From NCBI RefSeq assembly GCF_003018255.1, contig NZ_CP027440.1: 64,000 nucleotides of DNA, one strand, 5' to 3'. A model generated the notes under the pieces. The model was given only the letters and a program-made list of their open reading frames with translations, had not been told where the DNA came from and searched no databases. Below, piece after piece: positions 48,138 to 58,263 of the stretch (its first letter is position 1; each line of letters opens with the position of its first letter). This stretch comes from Escherichia coli (lineage in GTDB: Bacteria; Pseudomonadota; Gammaproteobacteria; Enterobacterales; Enterobacteriaceae). A program made the position numbers and the translations under genes.

Positions 48138-48815
48138 ATGCAGGAAAATAGTCCTTTGCTTCAGCTACAAAACGTAGGATATCTGGCGGGTGATGCGAAG
48201 ATTCTTAATAACATCAATTTTTCGCTGCGTGCTGGCGAATTTAAGTTAATTACCGGTCCTTCTGGTTGTGGCAAAAGTACGCTGCTAAAAATAGTTGCTT
48301 CATTGATCAGCCCAACCAGCGGAACGTTACTGTTTGAAGGTGAGGATGTCAGCACACTAAAGCCAGAAATCTACCGCCAGCAAGTCTCTTATTGCGCCCA
48401 GACGCCGACGCTGTTTGGCGACACGGTATACGATAATCTGATCTTTCCCTGGCAGATCCGTAACCAGCAGCCTGACCCAGCCATTTTTCTCGATTTTCTC
48501 GAACGCTTCGCCTTACCGGACACCATTTTGACGAAGAATATCGCCGAGCTATCTGGTGGTGAAAAACAACGCATCTCATTGATTCGTAACCTGCAATTTA
48601 TGCCGAAGGTTTTATTGCTGGATGAAATAACCAGTGCGCTGGACGAAAGTAATAAACATAACGTTAATGAGATGATCCACCGTTATGTGCGCGAGCAAAA
48701 TATTGCCGTGCTGTGGGTGACACACGATAAAGACGAAATTAATCATGCGGATAAAGTGATTACACTGCAACCGCATGCCGGAGAAATGCAGGAAGCACGC
48801 TATGAACTCGCATAA
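48138..48815 (+). CDS. fetA: ABC transporter ATP-binding protein FetA (YbbL)
   Basis: Walker A GPSGCGKST, signature LSGGEKQR. Confidence 0.9.
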   Translation: MQENSPLLQLQNVGYLAGDAKILNNINFSLRAGEFKLITGPSGCGKSTLLKIVASLISPTSGTLLFEGEDVSTLKPEIYRQQVSYCAQTPTLFGDTVYDNLIFPWQIRNQQPDPAIFLDFLERFALPDTILTKNIAELSGGEKQRISLIRNLQFMPKVLLLDEITSALDESNKHNVNEMIHRYVREQNIAVLWVTHDKDEINHADKVITLQPHAGEMQEARYELA

Positions 48816-49581
48816 TATTACTAACGAATCATTAGCACTGGCATTGATGCTGGTGGTGGTGGCAATCTTAATTAGCCATAAAGAAAAACTGGCGCTGGAG
48901 AAAGATATTCTCTGGAGCGTCGGGCGCGCGATAATCCAGCTGATTATTGTCGGCTATGTGCTGAAGTATATTTTCAGCGTGGATGATGCCAGCCTGACAT
49001 TATTGATGGTGTTATTTATCTGCTTTAATGCGGCGTGGAACGCGCAAAAACGCAGTAAATATATTGCTAAAGCTTTTATCTCATCGTTTATTGCCATTAC
49101 GGTCGGGGCGGGAATTACCCTGGCGGTGCTGATTCTCTCAGGGTCGATTGAATTTATCCCGATGCAGGTGATCCCTATCGCCGGGATGATAGCCGGCAAC
49201 GCCATGGTAGCGGTGGGGTTGTGTTACAACAATTTAGGGCAACGGGTCATTAGCGAACAGCAACAGATTCAGGAGAAACTGAGTCTTGGCGCGACGCCGA
49301 AACAGGCTTCAGCGATATTGATTCGCGACAGTATTCGCGCGGCTTTAATTCCGACGGTCGATTCAGCAAAAACGGTAGGCTTAGTGAGTTTACCAGGAAT
49401 GATGTCCGGGCTGATATTTGCCGGGATTGATCCGGTGAAGGCGATTAAATATCAGATTATGGTGACCTTTATGCTGCTCTCAACCGCCAGCTTGTCGACC
49501 ATTATTGCCTGCTATTTAACCTATCGTAAGTTTTACAATTCGCGCCACCAATTGGTGGTGACGCAATTGAAGAAGAAATGA
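48802..49581 (+). CDS. fetB: ABC transporter permease FetB (YbbM)
   Basis: Product MNSHNITNESLALALMLVVVAIL...; internal start of ORF 48775..49581. Confidence 0.85.
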   Translation: MNSHNITNESLALALMLVVVAILISHKEKLALEKDILWSVGRAIIQLIIVGYVLKYIFSVDDASLTLLMVLFICFNAAWNAQKRSKYIAKAFISSFIAITVGAGITLAVLILSGSIEFIPMQVIPIAGMIAGNAMVAVGLCYNNLGQRVISEQQQIQEKLSLGATPKQASAILIRDSIRAALIPTVDSAKTVGLVSLPGMMSGLIFAGIDPVKAIKYQIMVTFMLLSTASLSTIIACYLTYRKFYNSRHQLVVTQLKKK

Positions 49582-49614
49582 TGCGATGCCGGACGCGCAG
49601 CATCGCATCCGGCG
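49580..49614. repeat. REP-like palindrome / bidirectional terminator between fetB and cnoX
   Basis: gatgcgatgccggacgcgcagcatcgcatccggcg. Confidence 0.6.
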
Positions 49615-49643
49615 TTGTGGTTCATGTGCCGATCAACGGAAAC

Positions 49644-50540
<897 letters not shown>

Positions 50541-50558
50541 TTAAGCGCGCGCTTCAAC

Positions 50559-51368
50559 TCACCCCTGCAATATTTTGTCCATCACGCGCCCCGGCAGCAG
50601 GCGCTTAAGCACCATTACCGCCCAGGTCACCAGCGTTACCGGATAGCGCATCTTCGGCTTCTCGCTAATAAAAGCATGGCGTACTTTGTCCACCACCGCT
50701 TCCGGTCCCAACGTAAAGCGGGCGGCGATGCCGGGATTTTCGACTGGTTTATCACTTTGCGTCTGGTTGACGTTGTCGGTGAAGCGAGTACGAATGGGAC
50801 CGGGTTCGATCAGGCTGACTTTAATTCCACAGTGGCGTAGCTCCATGCGCAGCGCGTCTGACCACGCCTCCAGCGCATATTTACTGGCCGCGTAAGCACC
50901 ACGACCCGGCGTGGAGATTAATCCCATCACCGATGAGGTCATCACAATACGCCCTTCACCGTGCGGTAACATCGCGGGTAACAGGCGCATGGTGAGCTGG
51001 TGTGCGCCGAAAAAGTTGGCGGAAAACTGCTGTTCCATCTGCGCACGGCTGATGGTGGAAAGGGGGCCATACATGCCGAATCCGGCATTGTTAAAGATCC
51101 CATACAGACAATTATCGGTCAGGGCGATCACCTCGTTGGCTGCGCGATCAACACTTTCTGGTGAATCCAGATCGATCAACACGCCGGTAAATCCCATGCT
51201 GTTCATGCGCTCAACATCATCCGGTTTCCGGCAACCTGCCAGCACATGAAAACCCTGGCGTTTTAATTCGAGCGCGCTTTCCAGGCCAATTCCACTGGAA
51301 CATCCGGTAATTAAGACCGATTTTTGCATAACTTTACCTGTCAGGATCTCCGTTGCTTTATGAGTCAT
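50559..51368 (-). CDS. ybbO: Short-chain dehydrogenase/reductase YbbO
   Basis: SDR motifs TGCSSGIG and YAASK. Confidence 0.9.
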   Translation of the reverse strand: MTHKATEILTGKVMQKSVLITGCSSGIGLESALELKRQGFHVLAGCRKPDDVERMNSMGFTGVLIDLDSPESVDRAANEVIALTDNCLYGIFNNAGFGMYGPLSTISRAQMEQQFSANFFGAHQLTMRLLPAMLPHGEGRIVMTSSVMGLISTPGRGAYAASKYALEAWSDALRMELRHCGIKVSLIEPGPIRTRFTDNVNQTQSDKPVENPGIAARFTLGPEAVVDKVRHAFISEKPKMRYPVTLVTWAVMVLKRLLPGRVMDKILQG

Positions 51369-51984
51369 GATTTACTAAAGGCTGCAACTGCTTCGCCATC
51401 CAGTCGGCAATAAACGGCTGGGCGTCGCGGTTGGGATGAATACCGTCATCCTGCATCCATTGTGGTTTGAGGTAGACCTCTTCCATAAAAAAGGGCAGCA
51501 GCGGAACATCAAACTCTTTGGCGAGTTTGGGGTAAATGGCGCTAAAGGCTTCATTATAACGGCGACCATAGTTTGCAGGCAGACGTATTTGCATTAACAA
51601 TGGTTCAGCGTTGGCGGCTTTGACATCCTGCAATATCTGGCGCAGCGTTTGCTCGGTTTGTTGTGGCTGAAAACCACGCAAACCGTCATTGCCGCCCAGT
51701 TCTACCAGCACCCAGCGCGGCTGATGCTGTTTCAGCAGAGCCGGAAGGCGCGCCAGCCCTTGTTGCGAGGTGTCGCCGCTGATGCTGGCATTGACTACCG
51801 ACGTTTTACTCTGCCACTTATCGTTCAACAAGGCAGGCCAGGCCGCGCTGGCAGACATTCGATACCCGGCGCTCAGGCTATCACCCAGAATCAATAACGT
51901 GTCCGCTGCGGCGGCACGGAAGGTTAACAGGACCAGGAACAGGAAGGGCAAATGCCAGCGGAAAACATTGTTGAAGTTCATCAT
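51358..51984 (-). CDS. tesA: Acyl-CoA thioesterase I / lysophospholipase L1 (SGNH hydrolase)
   Basis: Product MMNFNNVFRWHLPFLFLVLLTFRAAAADTLLILGDSLSAGY...; GDSL motif. Confidence 0.93.
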   Translation of the reverse strand: MMNFNNVFRWHLPFLFLVLLTFRAAAADTLLILGDSLSAGYRMSASAAWPALLNDKWQSKTSVVNASISGDTSQQGLARLPALLKQHQPRWVLVELGGNDGLRGFQPQQTEQTLRQILQDVKAANAEPLLMQIRLPANYGRRYNEAFSAIYPKLAKEFDVPLLPFFMEEVYLKPQWMQDDGIHPNRDAQPFIADWMAKQLQPLVNHDS

Positions 51985-52638
51985 CTTAAGAAGTCCGTCG
52001 GTCAGGGGGAGCATGAACTCTCCATCCTCACCGGAGTTGAGCTGGTTGTCAAACGTGGCGAGACCATCGCACTGGTGGGCGAGTCGGGATCGGGTAAGTC
52101 AACTTTGCTGGCGATCCTCGCCGGGCTGGATGACGGCAGCAGTGGCGAAGTGAGTCTGGTGGGACAACCGCTACATAATATGGACGAAGAAGCGCGGGCA
52201 AAGTTGCGCGCGAAGCACGTCGGCTTTGTTTTTCAGTCATTTATGTTAATTCCTACCCTTAACGCGCTGGAAAACGTCGAGCTTCCGGCGCTGCTGCGCG
52301 GTGAGAGTAGCGCGGAAAGTCGTAACGGGGCGAAAGCGTTGCTCGAACAGTTAGGGCTGGGTAAACGTCTGGATCATCTTCCGGCACAGCTTTCCGGCGG
52401 TGAACAGCAACGAGTGGCGCTGGCACGAGCCTTTAACGGTCGACCTGATGTGCTGTTTGCCGACGAACCCACCGGCAATCTTGACCGACAGACGGGCGAT
52501 AAAATTGCCGACCTGCTATTTTCCCTCAACCGTGAGCATGGCACCACGTTGATTATGGTGACCCACGACCTGCAACTGGCGGCACGCTGCGACCGCTGCT
52601 TACGGCTGGTGAACGGGCAATTGCAGGAGGAAGCATGA
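51952..52638 (+). CDS. ybbA: LolD-like ABC transporter ATP-binding protein YbbA
   Basis: Walker A GESGSGKST, signature LSGGEQQR. Confidence 0.9.
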   Translation: MPAENIVEVHHLKKSVGQGEHELSILTGVELVVKRGETIALVGESGSGKSTLLAILAGLDDGSSGEVSLVGQPLHNMDEEARAKLRAKHVGFVFQSFMLIPTLNALENVELPALLRGESSAESRNGAKALLEQLGLGKRLDHLPAQLSGGEQQRVALARAFNGRPDVLFADEPTGNLDRQTGDKIADLLFSLNREHGTTLIMVTHDLQLAARCDRCLRLVNGQLQEEA

Positions 52639-55049
52639 TTGCACGTTGGTTCTGGCGCGAATGGCGCTCGCCGTCGCTATTAATTGTCTGGCTGGCGCTA
52701 AGCCTGGCGGTGGCCTGCGTGCTGGCGCTGGGCAATATCAGCGATCGCATGGAGAAGGGCTTAAGCCAGCAAAGCCGGGAGTTTATGGCGGGCGATCGGG
52801 CGTTGCGCAGTTCACGCGAAGTGCCACAAGCGTGGCTGGAGGAAGCGCAAAAGCGCGGCCTGAAAGTCGGCAAGCAGCTGACTTTCGCCACAATGACCTT
52901 TGCAGGCGACACACCGCAGCTGGCGAACGTCAAAGCGGTGGATGATATCTACCCGATGTATGGCGATCTGCAAACTAATCCCCCTGGCCTGAAACCGCAG
53001 GCGGGCAGCGTATTGCTGGCCCCACGCCTGATGGCACTGCTTAACCTGAAAACAGGCGACACCATCGACGTGGGTGATGCCACCTTGCGGATTGCCGGAG
53101 AAGTGATTCAGGAACCGGATTCCGGTTTTAACCCCTTCCAGATGGCTCCGCGTCTGATGATGAATCTGGCGGATGTCGATAAAACCGGAGCCGTGCAGCC
53201 GGGGAGTCGGGTCACCTGGCGCTATAAATTCGGCGGCAGCGAGAACCAGCTCGACGGCTATGAGAAATGGTTGTTACCCCAGCTTAAACCTGAACAACGC
53301 TGGTACGGTCTGGAACAGGACGAAGGCGCGCTGGGGCGATCGATAGAACGTTCGCAACAGTTCCTGCTGCTTTCGGCGCTTCTGACCTTGCTGCTGGCGG
53401 TGGCGGCGGTTGCGGTGGCGATGAATCATTACTGTCGCAGTCGCTACGACTTGGTGGCGATCCTCAAGACGCTGGGGGCAGGGCGAGCGCAACTGCGTAA
53501 GTTAATCGTCGGTCAGTGGTTGATGGTGCTGGCGCTTTCAGCCGTTACCGGTGGTGCGATAGGCCTGTTGTTCGAAAACGTGTTGATGGTGCTGCTCAAG
53601 CCCGTTTTGCCTGCTGCACTACCGCCAGCCAGCCTCTGGCCGTGGTTGTGGGCGCTGGGCACCATGACGGTCATCTCGCTGCTGGTGGGGCTACGACCGT
53701 ACCGCTTGTTGCTGGCAACGCAGCCTTTACGCGTATTACGTAATGATGTGGTCGCGAACGTCTGGCCGCTGAAGTTTTATCTGCCGATTGTCAGTGTGGT
53801 GGTTGTGCTGCTGCTCGCCGGATTAATGGGTGGCAGCATGCTGCTTTGGGCGGTGCTGGCGGGCGCGGTAGTACTGGCTTTGCTGTGCGGTGTGCTGGGC
53901 TGGATGCTGCTGAATGTACTTCGCCGCATGACGCTGAAATCGCTACCTCTGCGCCTGGCGGTTAGCCGCCTGTTACGTCAGCCGTGGTCAACGTTAAGCC
54001 AGCTTTCGGCATTTTCGCTCTCCTTTATGCTGCTGGCGCTGTTGCTGGTATTGCGTGGCGATCTGCTCGACCGCTGGCAGCAGCAGCTACCTCCAGAAAG
54101 CCCGAACTACTTTTTAATTAACATCGCCACAGAACAGGTAGCACCGCTAAAAGCGTTCCTCGCGGAACATCAGATAGTCCCGGAATCGTTTTATCCGGTG
54201 GTGCGGGCGCGGCTGACGGCGATTAACGATAAGCCGACAGAAGGCAATGAAGATGAGGCGCTCAATCGCGAACTCAATCTTACCTGGCAAAATACGCGGC
54301 CCGATCATAATCCGATTGTCGCCGGTAACTGGCCGCCAAAAGCCGATGAAGTGTCGATGGAAGAGGGGCTGGCGAAACGCTTAAACGTTGCCCTCGGTGA
54401 TACCGTGACTTTTATGGGCGATACCCAGGAGTTCCGCGCTAAAGTGACCAGCCTGCGCAAAGTGGACTGGGAAAGTCTGCGGCCTAATTTCTATTTTATT
54501 TTCCCTGAAGGGGCATTAGACGGGCAACCGCAGAGCTGGCTTACCAGTTTCCGCTGGGAGAATGGCAACGGCATGTTGACGCAACTCAACCGCCAGTTCC
54601 CTACTATTAGCCTGTTAGACATTGGCGCGATTTTAAAACAGGTCGGTCAGGTGCTGGAGCAGGTAAGTCGGGCGCTGGAGGTGATGGTGGTGCTGGTCAC
54701 CGCCTGCGGTATGTTGCTGTTGCTGGCACAGGTGCAGGTGGGAATGCGTCAGCGTCATCAGGAGCTGGTGGTGTGGCGCACACTCGGTGCGGGGAAAAAA
54801 CTGCTGCGTACCACGTTGTGGTGTGAGTTCGCCATGCTTGGGTTTGTTTCTGGCCTGGTAGCCGCAATTGGTGCGGAAACGGCGCTGGCAGTGTTGCAGG
54901 CGAAAGTGTTTGATTTTCCGTGGGAGCCAGACTGGCGATTGTGGATTGTGCTGCCGTGCAGCGGTGCACTGCTGCTGTCGCTTTTCGGCGGCTGGCTGGG
55001 TGCGCGACTGGTTAAGGGTAAGGCGCTGTTCAGGCAGTTTGCGGGATGA
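52635..55049 (+). CDS. ybbP: FtsX-like ABC transporter permease YbbP
   Basis: 804-aa duplicated FtsX-type permease overlapping ybbA stop. Confidence 0.9.
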   Translation: MIARWFWREWRSPSLLIVWLALSLAVACVLALGNISDRMEKGLSQQSREFMAGDRALRSSREVPQAWLEEAQKRGLKVGKQLTFATMTFAGDTPQLANVKAVDDIYPMYGDLQTNPPGLKPQAGSVLLAPRLMALLNLKTGDTIDVGDATLRIAGEVIQEPDSGFNPFQMAPRLMMNLADVDKTGAVQPGSRVTWRYKFGGSENQLDGYEKWLLPQLKPEQRWYGLEQDEGALGRSIERSQQFLLLSALLTLLLAVAAVAVAMNHYCRSRYDLVAILKTLGAGRAQLRKLIVGQWLMVLALSAVTGGAIGLLFENVLMVLLKPVLPAALPPASLWPWLWALGTMTVISLLVGLRPYRLLLATQPLRVLRNDVVANVWPLKFYLPIVSVVVVLLLAGLMGGSMLLWAVLAGAVVLALLCGVLGWMLLNVLRRMTLKSLPLRLAVSRLLRQPWSTLSQLSAFSLSFMLLALLLVLRGDLLDRWQQQLPPESPNYFLINIATEQVAPLKAFLAEHQIVPESFYPVVRARLTAINDKPTEGNEDEALNRELNLTWQNTRPDHNPIVAGNWPPKADEVSMEEGLAKRLNVALGDTVTFMGDTQEFRAKVTSLRKVDWESLRPNFYFIFPEGALDGQPQSWLTSFRWENGNGMLTQLNRQFPTISLLDIGAILKQVGQVLEQVSRALEVMVVLVTACGMLLLLAQVQVGMRQRHQELVVWRTLGAGKKLLRTTLWCEFAMLGFVSGLVAAIGAETALAVLQAKVFDFPWEPDWRLWIVLPCSGALLLSLFGGWLGARLVKGKALFRQFAG

Positions 55050-55477
55050 TGAGAGTAAATAAGGGGCGTTCTGGTTGAATGGAACGCCTTGTTTAAATTA
55101 ATTCTACAATATGTTTCATTGATGATGTTATTGAATTGGTGATTTCCTATCTTTCTATTGCTGATATTAATCTGAATCGGTGGAGTTTAATGATTTTAAA
55201 TATAGCCCTACAAAAATAACTCAGACTAATAAAATCATAAATCATATGCGTTGAATGGATATTATCCATATAGTGAATTTGTTGATAATGAATTCATCTG
55301 TGCTAAAAATGTTAGTTTAATAAAATATTGAAAGTGACCTGTAATAACAGTTGTTGTTGATTGAGAACAAATAAGTTTATGTGAAAAATATATAAATACA
55401 TTAGCTGGTCTTGTGTGTCATTTTATTTTTTTGTTGCTAACACAGGGATATGAACAATAACTAAAAGGGCACTTTAT

Positions 55478-56933
55478 ATGAGCGGAAAACCAGCGGCGCG
55501 TCAGGGAGATATGACTCAGTATGGCGGTCCCATTGTCCAGGGTTCGGCAGGTGTAAGAATTGGCGCGCCCACCGGCGTGGCGTGCTCGGTGTGTCCGGGC
55601 GGGATGACCTCGGGCAACCCGGTAAATCCGCTGCTGGGGGCGAAGGTGCTGCCCGGCGAGACGGACCTTGCGCTGCCCGGCCCGCTGCCGTTCATTCTCT
55701 CCCGCACCTACAGCAGCTACCGGACGAAGACGCCTGCGCCGGTGGGGATTTTTGGCCCCGGCTGGAAAGCGCCTTCTGATATCCGCTTACAGATACGCGA
55801 TGATGTACTGGTACTCAACGACAACGGCGGACGGAGCATTCACTTTGAGCCGCTGCTGCCGGGTGAGGCGGTGTACAGCCGCAGCGAGTCCCTGTGGCTG
55901 GTGCGTGGCGGTAAGGCAACGCAGCCGGACGGCCACACGCTGGCACGGCTGTGGGCGTCGCTGCCGCCGGATATCCGGTTAAGCCCGCATCTTTACCTGG
56001 CGACCAGCAGCGCACAGGGGCCGTGGTGGATACTGGGGTGGTCTGAGCGGGTGCCGGGTGCTGAGGACGTACTGCCAGCGCCGCTGCCGCCGTACCGGAT
56101 GCTTACCGGGCTGGCGGACCGCTTCGGGCAGACGCTGACGTACCGGCGTGAGGCCGCCGGTGACCTGGCCGGGGAAATCACCGGCGTGACGGACGGTGCC
56201 GGGCGGGAGTTCCGTCTGGTGCTGACCACGCAGGCGCAGCGGGCGGAAGAGGCCCGTAAACAGCACACCGCTTCCTTATTTTCCCCTGACACCCCCCGCC
56301 CTCTTTCAGACTCTGCGTTCCCCGACACACTGCCCGGTACGGAATACGGCCCCGACAGGGGCATCCGTCTTTCGGCGGTGTGGCTGATGCACGACCCGGC
56401 ATACCCGGAAAGCCTGCCCGGTGCGCCACTGGCGCGGTACACGTATACGGAAGCCGGTGAACTGCTGGCGGTATATGACCGCAGCAATACGCAGGTGCGC
56501 GCTTTCACGTATGACGCGCAGCACCCGGGCCGGATGGTGGGGCACCGTTATGCGGGAAGGCCGGAGATGCGCTACCGCTACGACGATGCGGGGCGGGTGG
56601 TGGAGCAGCTGAACCCGACAGGCCTGAGTTACCGCTACCAGTATGAGCAGGACCGCATCACCATCACGGACAGCCTGAACCGGCGAGAGGTGCTGCATAC
56701 AGAAGGCGGGGCCGGGCTGAAGCGGGTGGTGAAAAAAGAACTGGCGGACGGCAGCGTCACGCACAGCGGGTATGACGCGGCAGGAAGGCTCACGGCACAG
56801 ACGGACGCGGCGGGACGGCGGACAGAGTACGGCCTGAATGTGGTGTCCGGCGATATCACGGATATCACCACGCCGGACGGGCGGGAGACGAAATTTTACT
56901 ATAACGACGGGAACCAGTTAACGGCGGTGGTGT
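55478..56933 (+). pseudogene. rhsD: Rhs protein, N-terminal part (PAAR-like N-terminus and start of YD-repeat core), interrupted by an IS element
   Basis: Product MSGKPAARQGDMTQYGGPIVQGSAGVRIGAPTGVACSVCPGG...; reading frame runs into IS sequence and stops at 56971. Confidence 0.85.
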
Positions 56934-56967
56934 CCTTGACCCACGATATTCAGACAGTCGTTGTATC

Positions 56968-57849
56968 TTAAGTTGACGTTACCCGCTGACGTCGATATTC
57001 CCTTGGTGAGAGATAACCTAACGCACTATGCGGATGGGTTTCATTGTAATGCTCGATCGCCACTGCAAGGTTATGCAATGCCGTTCTTACATTCGGTTTC
57101 GGCATGAACGCGATGTAGTCTTCTTTCATCGTTTTCACGAACCTTTCTGCCATTCCATTGCTCTGAGGGCTACTGACTGCCGTTGTGCAGGGCTCCAGAT
57201 TCAACTCTCTGGCGAACTGCCGTGTTTCATGAGCTGTATAAGCCGAACCGTTATCAGTCAGCCACTGGATTGGCCGTTCCGCTCCTTTATCGCCAAAGCG
57301 TTTTTCTATTGCTCCTAACATGACATCCTGCACCGTTGCTTTGTCATAACCTCCCGTGCTTGCGGCCCAGTCTATGGCTTCACGATCGCAACAGTCCAGT
57401 GCGAACGTGACACGCAGTTTTGCGCCATCATCACAACCGAACTCAAAGCCATCGGAACACCAGCGCTGGTCGCTTTCCTTCACCGATATTCGGCCTTTAT
57501 GTTCCCGCTGCGGCCGTGAAGGTTTGTCATGTAACAACAACAGGTTATTTTCGCTCATTATCCGATAAACGCGCTTTGCATTCACGAACGGCACTCCTTT
57601 GTTACGGGACTGTCGTCTGAGAATGGCCCAGACACGACGATAGCCATATGTCGGCATATCGCTGATGATATCAAGGATACGTGCTAACACTTCCGCATCC
57701 GCAGCCTCATCACATCTGCGACGACGTTTATTCGGCTTATTACCAGATGTTTTCATCCGTTGTGCCAGTTGCGCACGCGACACGCCCAGAATACGGCTTA
57801 CCAGGGTTATTCCTTGTCCGTTGGCAACAAGGGCGCATGCGCTATCCAT
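56968..57849 (-). CDS. IS3-family transposase OrfB (DDE integrase core)
   Basis: Product contains ...WCSDGFEF...[12 protein letters not shown]...WLTDNGSAY...HPHSALGY..., IS2 InsD-like. Confidence 0.85.
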   Translation of the reverse strand: MDSACALVANGQGITLVSRILGVSRAQLAQRMKTSGNKPNKRRRRCDEAADAEVLARILDIISDMPTYGYRRVWAILRRQSRNKGVPFVNAKRVYRIMSENNLLLLHDKPSRPQREHKGRISVKESDQRWCSDGFEFGCDDGAKLRVTFALDCCDREAIDWAASTGGYDKATVQDVMLGAIEKRFGDKGAERPIQWLTDNGSAYTAHETRQFARELNLEPCTTAVSSPQSNGMAERFVKTMKEDYIAFMPKPNVRTALHNLAVAIEHYNETHPHSALGYLSPREYRRQRVTST

Positions 57850-58232
57850 TTTCGCGACTGACCATACTCCACCGCTTCTTTGAGGATCTCAACTTCCATG
57901 GTTTTCTTACCCAGCAAGCGCTGTAACTCTTTTATTTGTTTTATAGCGGCAGCCAGTTCTGAGGCAGGAACGACATCCTCTCCGGCAGCAACAGCAGTGA
58001 GACTTCCTTCCAGATATTGTTTTTTCCACTTAAACAACAGGCTGGGCTGAATACCATGCAAACGCGCCACATGGGACACCGTCATACCGGGTTCCATTGT
58101 CTGCTGAATAATGGCGATTTTTTCCTGAGGAGTTTTACGTTTACGAAGCTCCTGCCCCAGCAAAATTCCAGTCATCTCAAAATTAGCACTAGTAGACATA
58201 TATCCAAGCCTATCTCTTATTTTAAGATACAT
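57807..58232 (-). CDS. IS3-family transposase OrfA (HTH)
   Basis: Product contains ...[43 protein letters not shown]..., IS2 InsC-like. Confidence 0.85.
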   Translation of the reverse strand: MYLKIRDRLGYMSTSANFEMTGILLGQELRKRKTPQEKIAIIQQTMEPGMTVSHVARLHGIQPSLLFKWKKQYLEGSLTAVAAGEDVVPASELAAAIKQIKELQRLLGKKTMEVEILKEAVEYGQSRKWIAHAPLLPTDKE

Positions 58233-58263
58233 CCACTGTCTGGCGTTTCAAGGGGCCGGTTCA

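Larger units (their letters stand above)
56934..58263 (-). mobile_element. IS3-family (IS2-like) insertion sequence, ~1330 bp, inside rhs
   Basis: Two overlapping ORFs resembling IS2 InsC/InsD as recalled; imperfect terminal inverted repeats sharing CAGACAGT...TGTATCTTAA; 19-bp direct repeat cagttaacggcggtggtgt on both sides. Confidence 0.85.

Noticed and set aside
55516-56871. Multiple overlapping ORFs on both strands
   Set aside because: Within the GC-rich rhs core; alternative frames of a YD-repeat gene routinely stay open.
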